NCBI GenBank assembly: GCA_964591925.1
Contig: CAZQCK010000002.1
Coordinates: 2,647 to 64,757, forward strand
Direction: 5' to 3'
Source: an uncultured Desulfobacterales bacterium
GTDB lineage: Bacteria > Desulfobacterota > DSM-4660 > Desulfatiglandales > HGW-15
DNA: 62,111 bases
The notes under the pieces were generated by a model. That model was not told the DNA's origin and did no database searches. It saw nothing but the letters and a program-made list of their open reading frames with translations. The translations under genes were made by a program, and so were the position numbers. Shown here one piece after another: positions 9,876-18,887 of the stretch. The number at the start of each line of letters is the position of its first letter. Positions within the stretch are counted from its first letter, which is position 1.

Positions 9876-10550
9876 TCAGGTCCGGACCCCTACCGTGTCA
9901 AAAATGGACGAAACCACCTCTTCCAGGCTCATGCCGCTCGTGTCGATGATCACCGCATCCTTTGCCCGTCGAAGAGGGGCCACGGTCCTGGATGCATCCT
10001 GGCGGTCGCGCTGTTCCAGGTCTTCCATGACCCGCATCAGGGAAACATCCTCCCCCCGGCTCACACGCTCCTCGTAGCGGCGTCCGGCCCGGACCTCCAA
10101 TGACGCCGTGAGGTAAAATTTGTATCGTGCATCAGGGAACACCACCGTTCCCATGTCCCGGCCCTCGGCCACCGTGCGGCCGGCTTTTGCCAACCGCCTC
10201 TGCAGGTCGGTCATGGCCTCCCGGACCTCCGGGAGGGCGGAGACACGGGAAGACAGCATGTCCATCTCAGGGGTGCGTATGGCGGCGGATATGTCTTCGT
10301 CTCCCAACAGGCATTTTACGGCGTCGCCCTCCGGCTCGAGCGACAGCTCCAGGCTGCGGCAAAATCCGCCCAGGTTGGGGCTGAAGGGGCTTTCGAGGTC
10401 CATCCCTTCCCTTACGGCCGCGAGAGCGACCGCGCGGTACATGGCCCCTGTATCGAGGTACACATACCCCAGACGGACGGCCACGGACCGGCTGACACTG
10501 CTTTTTCCCGAGCCGGCCGGCCCGTCGATGGTCACCACGTCTCGAATCAT
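9876..10550 (-). CDS. cmk: cytidylate kinase
   Basis: 224 aa with a P-loop (IDGPAGSGKSSVSR) and the Cmk pattern (LGYVYLDTGAMYRAVA). Confidence 0.95.
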   Translation of the reverse strand: MIRDVVTIDGPAGSGKSSVSRSVAVRLGYVYLDTGAMYRAVALAAVREGMDLESPFSPNLGGFCRSLELSLEPEGDAVKCLLGDEDISAAIRTPEMDMLSSRVSALPEVREAMTDLQRRLAKAGRTVAEGRDMGTVVFPDARYKFYLTASLEVRAGRRYEERVSRGEDVSLMRVMEDLEQRDRQDASRTVAPLRRAKDAVIIDTSGMSLEEVVSSIFDTVGVRT

Positions 10551-10574
10551 ACGGATGTTCCCTCTCCAGGTACT

Positions 10575-10783
10575 GAGAAAAGACCTTTTAATATCAATCA
10601 GTTCACTTTGCGGTCTTAGCGGCCTGGTGCGAGATTTTGACTGAACGGTTTCCGGCTTCTATCCCAATAGCCCCCAAAGATCAAGCCCTTTGGCGGTTTT
10701 GGCGGCTTACTCATGATGGCCTCGCAAAAAATCACAATCTCGCGCCGAGACGAAAAATGCAATTTGAAACGCTCAACTCAGGT
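10575..10783. repeat. composite repeat patch: two inverted partial palindromic-element arms plus a solo MITE end
   Basis: 10575-10641 matches the loop and right arm of the palindromic family (aatatcaatcagttcactttgcggtctt...gcgagattttgac). 10700-10752 is the same right part in reverse orientation (catgatggcctcgcaaaaaatcacaatctcgcgccgagacg). 10759-10783 (gcaatttgaaacgctcaactcaggt) matches the MITE right end. Confidence 0.6.
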
Positions 10784-10943
10784 ATCAAAAGACGGGGTTG
10801 CGGGCGCGGGCATAGGATTTGGTCTTGACTAGAACCCCGGTGTTCATTAAAAGATAAAGAATACTTTCGGTTTGCCCGGATAACCGGGTCTTTCTCGACA
10901 ATGCGATGGCCTCTGCCATGCAACCAGGACAAGGATGGTCGCC

Positions 10944-11222
10944 ATGAACAAATCCCAGCTCATCGAAGCGCTTGCCAAGAGGGAGAACCTAGCCTTGAAA
11001 AAGGCGGAGGAGGTCGTCAACACCGTATTCGGAGACATGGAAAACGCTTTGATCCAGGGTGAACGGGTGGAAATCCGCGGCTTCGGGAGTTTCAAAATCA
11101 AGCACTACAAAGGCTACCAGGGCCGTAATCCCAAGACAGGCGAGGTCATCCACGTGGCCGACAAGAAACTCCCGTTCTTCAAGGTCGGCAAGGAGCTCAA
11201 AGAACGCGTCGACATCGCCTAG
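10944..11222 (+). CDS. ihfB: integration host factor subunit beta (DNABII family)
   Basis: MNKSQLIE...GERVEIRGFGSFKIKHYKGYQGRNPKTGEVI...PFFKVGKELKERV closely parallels E. coli IhfB. An aagga RBS lies 8 nt upstream. The track ORF starts 3 codons earlier. Confidence 0.85.
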   Translation: MNKSQLIEALAKRENLALKKAEEVVNTVFGDMENALIQGERVEIRGFGSFKIKHYKGYQGRNPKTGEVIHVADKKLPFFKVGKELKERVDIA

Positions 11223-11247
11223 ATGTAGACGCGCAGCGTACTCACAG

Positions 11248-11522
11248 CCTTGGTCGTGCTAGACGGGGAGCTAGCGGTGCCCTGTAACCCGAAATCCGCT
11301 TATGCGGGGTCGAAAGCCCCTTGGAAAGGCCGTACGGCGGGCATTCCCGGCCACCGACCCGGAAGGCGAGGCGGATCTCATGTGACCGGCTCTTACGAAC
11401 CCCGTCAGGTCCGGAAGGAAGCAGCGGTAAGTAAGGAGGTCGGTGTCATGAGCCTTTCTGTCTGTGCCGACCGTCGGTGAGGGTTTGCTCCTGCGGTCCG
11501 AACAAGGGGTGCACGGCCAAGG
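11248..11522 (+). ncRNA. ffs: signal recognition particle RNA, large (Alu-domain-containing) bacterial type
   Basis: Universal domain IV motif gtcaggtccggaaggaagcagc at 11404-11425. The 5' segment ggtcgtgctagacggggagctagcggtgccctgtaac resembles the Bacillus-type Alu domain as I recall it. The 5' end ccttggtcgtgc pairs with the 3' end gcacggccaagg. Confidence 0.85.
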
Positions 11523-11559
11523 ATCATCTTTCTCACAGCACCTCCTTTTCCCTTCCGCA

Positions 11560-12402
11560 ATGGAATATGCGAAGGCGAACACCTGCCCGGCCATGACCTA
11601 TGCAAGCGCTGATTCAGGGATTCCACTCCTGCACAATGAATACGTGATCGACGGTGCGAGCATTCCGGTCTTTCACTTCGCCCACCTCGACCCGTTACCC
11701 GGCTTGGCACACGGGATTTTCACCCGCCTGGGAGGTGTCAGCAAACCACCCTGCAGCTCCCTGAATGCGAGTTTTTCCACATCCGACCGCCCTTCCTGCG
11801 TACACGTGAACCTGGAGCGCATTCGCAGAATCATGGGTGCTGACCGTCTCGTGTCCCTCGAACAGGTCCATGGTCAAAATCTGGTGTCCATCCGACGCAA
11901 TGAAACCTCCCGGCTGCACGAACCTCTGGTGGCGGACGGACTCATCACGAACGTCCCCGGCCTGGGTCTACTTATCAAGCAGGCGGACTGCCAGGCCGTG
12001 ATACTGTTCGACCCGGTGCGCCGTGTGGTGGCCAACATTCACTGTGGATGGAGGGGAAACGTCGCCGACATTCTGGGAATCGCCGTAGAACGAATGCACC
12101 GGGACTTCGGGTGCAGTCCCGCAGATCTCGCGGCCGCAGTCGGTCCCTCTCTCGGCCCTTGTTGCGGGGAGTTCAAGGGCCACGAGAACCTCTTTCCCCC
12201 CGGCTTCCGGTCCGTCATGGTGAAACCGGACTACTTTGACCTGTGGGCCCTGAGCGGCGTCCAACTGGCGGCGGCCGGTGTCCCTCCTTCCTGCGTGGCT
12301 TTCGCCCATATTTGCACCCGGTGCCGGACCGACCTTTTCTTCTCCTATCGAGGGGAGGGAAACACGGGGCGCTTCGCCACAGTGGCCATGATCAGCGCGT
12401 GA
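11560..12402 (+). CDS. pgeF: peptidoglycan editing factor PgeF / YfiH (laccase-domain) family
   Basis: DUF152 pattern (HGIFTRLGG, QVHG, ADGLIT, ADCQAV, HCGWRG, C..CT.C). I moved the start to Met33 (11560) because the upstream part of the track ORF overlaps the SRP RNA. Confidence 0.8.
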   Translation: MEYAKANTCPAMTYASADSGIPLLHNEYVIDGASIPVFHFAHLDPLPGLAHGIFTRLGGVSKPPCSSLNASFSTSDRPSCVHVNLERIRRIMGADRLVSLEQVHGQNLVSIRRNETSRLHEPLVADGLITNVPGLGLLIKQADCQAVILFDPVRRVVANIHCGWRGNVADILGIAVERMHRDFGCSPADLAAAVGPSLGPCCGEFKGHENLFPPGFRSVMVKPDYFDLWALSGVQLAAAGVPPSCVAFAHICTRCRTDLFFSYRGEGNTGRFATVAMISA

Positions 12403-12836
12403 AGATCAAGGTGGACCCATGCGGCCGAGGGTGCCGCCCTGCGCCCGGCCGTCCATGCGAAGCGGGCTTTAAAAAGGTGTTGACACCACCGCCTCAGGCT
12501 TTTCAATATAATGGGCGTATTCATGAGCAAACCACTTGACCGCATCCACTATACAGGCTTTACGAAAGAGACGGGTTCCGCCTGTCTCGAGAACACGAGG
12601 TGACCCAGTGGGGACAGCATATCCTGGAGCAGAGATTCGATCTTCCGACGGGGGGTTGAGCATTACGCCGGCGCCGGATCCACGATGCAGTGGACTGGAC
12701 AGAGGAGATCCTCGAAACCCTGACACCGCCGTATTGACAAAACGGCGGGAAAAGCTATGATTGGTTGTCGTTTCGGCTGTCAGGTTCAAACTGACAGCCG
12801 ACTTAGCCTGCTTACCTTTCACACAGGAGACCCGAC

Positions 12837-13001
12837 ATGCCTACGTATGATTTCAAGTGTGAAAAGTGCAACAAAAAATTCTCCCAAACCATGAGCATCA
12901 CAGATTACGACAAGACCAAGTTTCGATGCCCCAAATGCAAGAGCACGCGAGTGAAACAACAAATCTCGTCCTTTCAGACCGTCACTTCCAAAAAGAGTTG
13001 A
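12837..13001 (+). CDS. FmdB-family zinc-ribbon protein (54 aa)
   Basis: Not in the ORF track (<60 aa). It reads MPTYDFKCEKCNKKFSQTMSITDYDKTKFRCPKCKSTRVKQQISSFQTVTSKKS, with a CxxC...CxxC pattern, the typical Y-x-Y/F-x-C start and a Ser-rich tail. A ggaga RBS lies upstream. Confidence 0.7.
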   Translation: MPTYDFKCEKCNKKFSQTMSITDYDKTKFRCPKCKSTRVKQQISSFQTVTSKKS

Positions 13002-13009
13002 GGCCTACC

Positions 13010-13312
13010 ATGGAATGTCCCCACTGCAAAGAGCCGCTCCCCTCGAAAACATGCCCCCAGTGCCGGGAGGAGGTACCTGAAGAAAGCCGGTACTGTCTCG
13101 CCTGCGGAGCCCCTTTTGACGAGGAGGACCACCACCAGCCCTCCGCCGACGAGGATACAGGAGGCCTGGACCTGGAAAACCGCATCCTCTGCCCGGACGG
13201 CACGTGCACGGGAATAATTGAAAACGGCCGGTGCACCGAGTGCGGGAAGCCTTATCAGGGAGGCGGTAAACCCGAAGCGGAGACGAACGACACCGAGGAG
13301 CATCGAGCCTAG
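13010..13312 (+). CDS. double zinc-ribbon domain protein
   Basis: MECPHCKEPLPSKTCPQCREEV...YCLACGAPF and CPDGTCTG...GRCTECGKPY, followed by an acidic tail. The start is Met49 of the track ORF, 9 nt after the previous stop. Confidence 0.6.
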   Translation: MECPHCKEPLPSKTCPQCREEVPEESRYCLACGAPFDEEDHHQPSADEDTGGLDLENRILCPDGTCTGIIENGRCTECGKPYQGGGKPEAETNDTEEHRA

Positions 13313-13315
13313 CCC

Positions 13316-13687
13316 ATGTACGAGCTGAAAATTCTGTCCCAATTCGCAGCTGCGCACCAGTTGAGGGGCTCCGGGGGAAAGTGCGAACACCTGCACGGAC
13401 ACAACTGGAAAGTGGAGGTCTTCGTGCGGGGTGAAACCCTGGGACACGACGGACTGCTCATCGACTTCCACGACGTCAAGACCGCCACTCACCGGGTGAT
13501 CGAGACCCTCGATCACAAGTACCTGAATGAGACGGCGCCTTTTGACCGGTGGAATCCTTCTTCAGAAAACATCGCCCGTTATCTCTTTGAATCCATCGGC
13601 AGGGAGTTGAACAGTGAACGTGTGCTTGTGAGTCGCGTGTCGGCCTGGGAGTCGGATACGGCCTGCGCGACCTACGAGGCCTCCTGA
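13316..13687 (+). CDS. queD: 6-carboxytetrahydropterin synthase
   Basis: 123 aa with the PTPS/QueD pattern (FAAAHQL...KCEHLHGHNWKVEV...DFHDVK...LDHKYLNE). Confidence 0.9.
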   Translation: MYELKILSQFAAAHQLRGSGGKCEHLHGHNWKVEVFVRGETLGHDGLLIDFHDVKTATHRVIETLDHKYLNETAPFDRWNPSSENIARYLFESIGRELNSERVLVSRVSAWESDTACATYEAS

Positions 13688-13735
13688 ACCCTCTTCCACC
13701 GGCCCGCATAAGCCGAGCGGAGGAGCGCCCATTTT

Positions 13736-14482
13736 ATGCGCATCGTGGCCGTCATACCCGTACGTTACGGATCCACCCGGTTTCCGGGCAAGCCCCTTGC
13801 TTCGATTTCCGGGCGGCCCATGGTGGAGCACGTCTATAGACGGACTTCCGAGTGCCGAAACATCTCTGCGGTTTTCGCGGCAACGGACGATGAGAGGATC
13901 CGTGCGTGCGTCCAGGGTTTCGGAGGAAAGGTTCTAATGACCCGGCAGGACCATGCTTCCGGCACGGATCGCATCGCGGAAGCCGCGGACCTGCTCAAAC
14001 TGAAGGATTCGGACGTGGTGGTCAATGTGCAGGGGGATCAGCCGCTGGTCCCCCCTTCGGTTCTGGAGGAAATGATCGAACCGCTCATACAAGACCGAGC
14101 CCTAGCCATGAGCACCCTCATGATAAAAATCCGGGACCCTGTAGAGGTCTCCAACCCTAATCATGTCAAGGTGGTGAGCGACGCCCTCGGATTTGCGCTT
14201 TACTTCTCCCGCCACCCCATTCCGTTTTACCGGGACGGGACGTCGAACGAGATTCACTACAAACACCTCGGGCTCTACGCCTATCGCGCCGGTTTCCTCA
14301 AAACATTCACCGGGCTACAGGAAGGCCGGCTCGAAAAGGCCGAAAAGCTTGAACAGCTTAGAGCCCTGGAGAATGGATACCGCATTAGGGTCGTGGAGAC
14401 GACTCACGACTCTCCCGAGGTGGACACCCCGGAGGATGTGGCGTATGTCGAGTCCATGATGGGCCGCATCCAGCCCCCTTGA
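13736..14482 (+). CDS. kdsB: 3-deoxy-manno-octulosonate cytidylyltransferase
   Basis: 248 aa (IIPVRYGSTRFPGKPLA...GTDRIAEA...VVNVQGDQP...LEQLRALENGYRI). Confidence 0.9.
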   Translation: MRIVAVIPVRYGSTRFPGKPLASISGRPMVEHVYRRTSECRNISAVFAATDDERIRACVQGFGGKVLMTRQDHASGTDRIAEAADLLKLKDSDVVVNVQGDQPLVPPSVLEEMIEPLIQDRALAMSTLMIKIRDPVEVSNPNHVKVVSDALGFALYFSRHPIPFYRDGTSNEIHYKHLGLYAYRAGFLKTFTGLQEGRLEKAEKLEQLRALENGYRIRVVETTHDSPEVDTPEDVAYVESMMGRIQPP

Positions 14483-14565
14483 CCGTAACGCTTCCGAACA
14501 CACGGAGCCCCGACCGGGCCCCATCCCCACGTCACACCCTTGCCTGAAGAGAGGCCCCTCTGAGC

Positions 14566-16287
14566 GTGCAACCTTCCTCAACAGCCTGGATTATCGGCGA
14601 ACCGGCCCTTGAAGCCCCCCGTCTGGCCCATGCAGCGGGGATTTCCGTGCTGCAGGCGCAAATCCTCCTTGGACGCGGAATCAGCACGCCGGAAGCCGCA
14701 AGGCGATTCCTCTTCCCGCGGCTCGCAGAGCTGCCCTCTCCCGAGCTGCTCAAGGATATGGACGCGTCCGTGGCCCTGGTTCTTCGTTCGATTCGAAACA
14801 AACTGCCCATAACGATCTACGGCGACTATGACGCGGATGGATTGACCGCCACGGCCCTTCTGGTGCGATTTTTCTCAGACCTGGGTCTGCCGGTGTCTCC
14901 GTATATTCCGGACCGCATTAGAGAGGGATACGGCCTGAACTCCGAAGCCGTGGACCACATCGCAGACACTAGAGGGGGGCTACTCATCACCGTGGATTGC
15001 GGCACCGGAAACATGGAAGAAGTAGAACGGGCCATGAGCCGAGGCCTGGCCGTGGTGATCACGGATCACCACCGTGTCCCTCAGGACTTTGAAGCGCTTT
15101 GCCCCGTGCTCAATCCAAAGCGCCCGGACTGTGATTTTCCGTTTCGCGAGCCGGCAGGCGTGGGCGTGGCCTTTTATCTGGCTGCTGCGGTTAGAGCGGC
15201 GTGCCGGGAGGACGGATGGTTTCGAGCCCGTCCCCAGCCGGACCTCAGAGGATACCTCGACTTGGTGGCGCTGGGGACACTGGCAGACATGGTGCCCTTG
15301 GTCGAAGAAAACCGCAGGCTGGTGAGCGCAGGAATGCAGGTCATGAAAAACAGCCGATGGCCCGGCTTGCCGGCGCTCCAAAAGCAGGCCGGCGTCGACC
15401 CGGACCAGGTATGCCCTGAGGATGTGTCCTTTCGCCTGGCTCCCCGCCTCAATGCCTCCGGCCGCCTGGGAAAGGCCCACGTGGGCCTGGACACCCTCCT
15501 CACCTCGAGCCCGGCCTCGGCAGCGCTGCTGGCTGAGCGGCTTCAGGCGCTGAACGACCGCCGCCGGCAGCTGGAGCAACGCATCCTCGGCATCCTTGAA
15601 CCGAACCTGGAGGACCCGGCGGCCATGGAGGACCGTCGAACCCTGGTCCTCTACGGGGAAGGATGGCACGAGGGCGTGCTGGGCATCGTGGCCTCCCGCA
15701 TCGCCGTACGCCACTGCCGCCCGACCCTGGTCCTGGATGTCCGCAACGGGATCGCCACGGGTTCAGGGAGAAGCATCGACGGATTCGATCTGCACAGCGC
15801 GCTTCAGGGGTTGAGTCCTCTGCTTCTTCGCTTCGGCGGACATGGCCACGCCGTGGGCCTGAGCCTGGAGACGAGGCACCTCCAGGGGCTGAGCAGAGGC
15901 CTGGAAGCCGCGGCACAAGAGCAGCTGGCCGACTCCGACCTCCACCCCCCCATGCGCGTCGAAGCGGAGCTCCCGCTGGAAGCCGTCACAAAGGAAACCA
16001 TCCAGGAGATTCAGATGCTGGGGCCTTTCGGCTCAGGGAATCCTGAACCCCTTTTTCTGGCGGGCGCACTGAACGTGCTGGAATCCAGGGTGGTGGGGGA
16101 ACGGCACTTGAAGCTGCGTGTAGGCAGTAACGGCAAGGAGCTCGAAGCCATCGCCTTTGATCAAGGCGACCTTCATCCCCTGGCCGGAGAGCGGATCCGT
16201 GCGGTCTACCACCCGCGAATCAATCGATGGAAAGGAGTGGAAAGCCTGCAGCTCAACATCCAGGCCCTGGACCGGATCGAGGGATGA
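14566..16287 (+). CDS. recJ: single-stranded-DNA-specific exonuclease RecJ
   Basis: 573 aa with DHH (IYGDYDADG, ITVDCG, ITDHH) and DHHA1 (GGHGHAVG) motifs. GTG start. Confidence 0.9.
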   Translation: MQPSSTAWIIGEPALEAPRLAHAAGISVLQAQILLGRGISTPEAARRFLFPRLAELPSPELLKDMDASVALVLRSIRNKLPITIYGDYDADGLTATALLVRFFSDLGLPVSPYIPDRIREGYGLNSEAVDHIADTRGGLLITVDCGTGNMEEVERAMSRGLAVVITDHHRVPQDFEALCPVLNPKRPDCDFPFREPAGVGVAFYLAAAVRAACREDGWFRARPQPDLRGYLDLVALGTLADMVPLVEENRRLVSAGMQVMKNSRWPGLPALQKQAGVDPDQVCPEDVSFRLAPRLNASGRLGKAHVGLDTLLTSSPASAALLAERLQALNDRRRQLEQRILGILEPNLEDPAAMEDRRTLVLYGEGWHEGVLGIVASRIAVRHCRPTLVLDVRNGIATGSGRSIDGFDLHSALQGLSPLLLRFGGHGHAVGLSLETRHLQGLSRGLEAAAQEQLADSDLHPPMRVEAELPLEAVTKETIQEIQMLGPFGSGNPEPLFLAGALNVLESRVVGERHLKLRVGSNGKELEAIAFDQGDLHPLAGERIRAVYHPRINRWKGVESLQLNIQALDRIEG

Positions 16288-16329
16288 GACGGACGCCGCG
16301 GGAGTGGGGGGAGGTTGGGACCGCCGGGC

Positions 16330-16830
16330 TCAACGAAACGGATCGCCCTCTTCCCGGAAGATCTCCGCAGCCAGATCTATGTCCTCGGGAGAGAACACGA
16401 ACAGAGCGCTGTTGCCTTCCGGAAGAGCTGAACCGTAGACATAGTTGATGTTGATGCCTTCCTCGCCGAACTTGCGGGCCAGCTCGGCCAGCATGCCGGG
16501 CTGATTGTCGATCTCCAGGGCGATGACCGGCATGATGTCGAAGATGTATCCTTTGCCGGAGAGCAGGTCGATCGCCTTGTCCGTATCGCTCACGAGCATG
16601 CGGATCAAGGCGTAATCAACGGAGTCCTTCTGCATGGAGCCGTAGCTGGCGGCCGGCGCTATCCGCTTCAGGGACTTGCCCCGGGCCTTGAACAGCTCCT
16701 TGACGTAACCCGACGCGTCCTGAATGGTCAGGGCGTCGATGTTGACTCCCCCCTCGGAAAAAAGGCTGGCCAGCTTGCCCAGTTCTCCCGGCGCATTCAG
16801 GAGAAACAGCTGGATTTCCGTTCGAACCAT
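16330..16830 (-). CDS. tandem ACT-domain protein
   Basis: 166 aa with two ACT-like halves (LLNAPGELGKLASLFSEGGVNIDAL and IDNQPGMLAELARKFGEEGININYV). Confidence 0.65.
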   Translation of the reverse strand: MVRTEIQLFLLNAPGELGKLASLFSEGGVNIDALTIQDASGYVKELFKARGKSLKRIAPAASYGSMQKDSVDYALIRMLVSDTDKAIDLLSGKGYIFDIMPVIALEIDNQPGMLAELARKFGEEGININYVYGSALPEGNSALFVFSPEDIDLAAEIFREEGDPFR

Positions 16831-16845
16831 GGTCTTTCCCCCTGC

Positions 16846-17835
16846 TCAGCGATCCATTCCCAATGAAGATGCAAGTCCTCCCCGACCCTCTCTCGGACGA
16901 AGAGTGGTGTAATCCTTCAAATAGCGCAGAAACTCCGAATCCGTGGAAAGCACCAGCGTGGTCTGCTCATCCATGGTCTCGGCGTAGACCTCCAGGCTCT
17001 GGTTGAAGGAGTAGAACTCCGGGTCTTTGCCGAATGCGCCGGCATAAATGGCGGCGGCTTGCGCATCGGCCTTTCCTTTGATCTCCTGGGCTGTGCGGTA
17101 GGCCTCCGATTGAATCTTCTTGAGCTCCTTTTCCGCGTCTCCTTCGATCTCCCGCGCCTCGCCCTGTCCCTCGGATCGGAACTTCTCCGCCATCTGCTTT
17201 CGCTCGGCGATCATACGCTGGTACACGGACTTGCGGACCTCTTCCACGTAATTGAGGCGTTTGATCTTTATATCCACCAGCTCGATTCCGAACTCCGCCA
17301 GCTTGGGTTGGGCCTGATCCAGGATCGCCTTGGTGATCTTCCGCCTGCCGGTCTTGACCCCGCCGAGACGCCTCTCCTCCTGAATCTCCTCTCCCTGAAT
17401 CTTAAAGGTGTCCAGCTCCCGGTTCGTCATTCTCACGGTCTCGATCAGGGGGTAGGAGGTAATGAGGTTGCGCACCGCCGAGTCCAGTATGTCGTCCAGG
17501 CGGCCCAGGGCTCCGGTGGTGTTGTTAACGGTCTGAAAGAAGAGCAGGGGATCCGTGATCCGCCAACGGCCGAAGGTGTCCACGTGAATGAACGTCTTGC
17601 CCAGGGTCGGAATCTGCCCTGCGTCCCCGTCCCAGTCGAGCAGGTTCTTGGCAAAATAATTCGTCTTTTGAATCAGGGGGACCTTGAAGTAAAGACCCGG
17701 CTCCTTAATGGGTTCCCCGACCAGCTTGCCGAACTGGGTCATAACCACCTGCTCGGTCTCATCCACCACGTACGCCGCGCTGAACATGGTAATCAGGGCC
17801 AGAATCACGATAACGATCAGTATCTTGGTCTTCAT
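16846..17835 (-). CDS. hflC: protease modulator HflC
   Basis: 329 aa with an N-terminal TM helix and an SPFH/band-7 domain. It follows hflK with a 4-nt overlap. Confidence 0.9.
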   Translation of the reverse strand: MKTKILIVIVILALITMFSAAYVVDETEQVVMTQFGKLVGEPIKEPGLYFKVPLIQKTNYFAKNLLDWDGDAGQIPTLGKTFIHVDTFGRWRITDPLLFFQTVNNTTGALGRLDDILDSAVRNLITSYPLIETVRMTNRELDTFKIQGEEIQEERRLGGVKTGRRKITKAILDQAQPKLAEFGIELVDIKIKRLNYVEEVRKSVYQRMIAERKQMAEKFRSEGQGEAREIEGDAEKELKKIQSEAYRTAQEIKGKADAQAAAIYAGAFGKDPEFYSFNQSLEVYAETMDEQTTLVLSTDSEFLRYLKDYTTLRPREGRGGLASSLGMDR

Positions 17836-18887
17836 TGACCACCTCCCCGGGCTACGCCCGACGCCTTCCCGAGGTTGAGCAGCGGAAGGAGGTTGTTCTG
17901 TTTTTCATCCACGATGTACTTGTCTCCCAGCTTTGGATACACGTTTCGAATCGTCTCGAGAAAGAGCCTTCTTCGAGTGATGTCCGGGGCCTTGGCATAC
18001 TCCTCGTACAGGGCCAGGAAACGCGAGGCGTTTCCATTGGCCTGGTTCACGCGCTCCAGGGCATACCCTTCGGCGCTCCTGATGGCCTTCTGGGCCTTTC
18101 CACGGGCCTGGGGAATCAGCTTGTTGTACTGCTCCCGGGCCTGGTAGACCAGTTTTTCCTTTTCCTGGATGGCCTGGTTGACCTCGTTGAAGGAGGGCTG
18201 CACCGGCTCGGGCACGTTGGTCCGCTTCATCTCGATCGTAGACAGTTTGATTCCTATCTCAGCCTCGTCGAGCTCCTTTTGCAGGAGCTCTTCTGCCTGA
18301 GTGGCGATCTCCTGTCGCTTGCTGATCACCTCGTTGATGCTCCGGTCCCCCACCACCAGCCGCATGGTGGACTCGGACAGGTCCCTGAGGGTTCCCTTCA
18401 CGTCCCGCACCTTGAACAGGTACTTGTACGGGTCATTGATCCGGTACTGAACGATCCAGGGCACCACACCCACATTCAGGTCGCCCGTGAGCATGAGAGA
18501 CTCGTTCAAATAGGCCGAGCTCGAGGCATACCTGGTCTGCTCGCGGGTCTCCACGGTGCGGAACCCGAACTCCTCCTTGTACACATAACGCACCCGCACC
18601 TTGGTGACCTTCTCGATCCCTCGCGGAAGCTTGAAGTTCAAGCCCGGCTGCGTCGTACGAGTGTACGCCCCGAAACGCTGGACCATCCCCACCTCATCCA
18701 CGGCCACCGTGTATACCATGGTCGTGAGCAGGTAGATCACCACGAGGATCGCGATGATGGATCCCCCTTTGGGAAACCGGCCCTTGAAGCCCTTGAGTTT
18801 TTCGAACAAATCCCCCAGTTGCGGAGAGGGGCCTTCGGGGCGGTTCCTTTTCTGTTGCTGCTGCAGTTTTTCCCAATCCCAAGCCAT
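17832..18887 (-). CDS. hflK: FtsH protease activity modulator HflK
   Basis: 351 aa with a TM helix and an SPFH domain, followed by the HflK-typical C-terminal region. It is paired with hflC. Confidence 0.9.
   Translation of the reverse strand: MAWDWEKLQQQQKRNRPEGPSPQLGDLFEKLKGFKGRFPKGGSIIAILVVIYLLTTMVYTVAVDEVGMVQRFGAYTRTTQPGLNFKLPRGIEKVTKVRVRYVYKEEFGFRTVETREQTRYASSSAYLNESLMLTGDLNVGVVPWIVQYRINDPYKYLFKVRDVKGTLRDLSESTMRLVVGDRSINEVISKRQEIATQAEELLQKELDEAEIGIKLSTIEMKRTNVPEPVQPSFNEVNQAIQEKEKLVYQAREQYNKLIPQARGKAQKAIRSAEGYALERVNQANGNASRFLALYEEYAKAPDITRRRLFLETIRNVYPKLGDKYIVDEKQNNLLPLLNLGKASGVARGGGQ

Noticed and set aside
12480-12512. Perfect TTGACA and TATAAT hexamers as a canonical promoter
   Set aside because: The spacing is 21 nt, outside the functional 16-19 nt range, so I did not list it as a promoter feature. 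It is kept only as part of the finding on the 12.4-12.8 kb gap.
12633-12655. gagattcgatcttccgacgggggg resembles the tmRNA 5' motif GGAUUCGACGGGG
   Set aside because: The motif is interrupted. There is no tRNA-like acceptor/T-arm 3' end (..ggttcgaatcc..cca) and no tag ORF nearby.
12469-12822. 117-aa minus-strand ORF filling the pgeF/zinc-ribbon gap
   Set aside because: It is Ser/Arg/Gly/Pro-rich with no RBS and no family resemblance. It overlaps hairpin-rich sequence that is more consistent with RNA structure.
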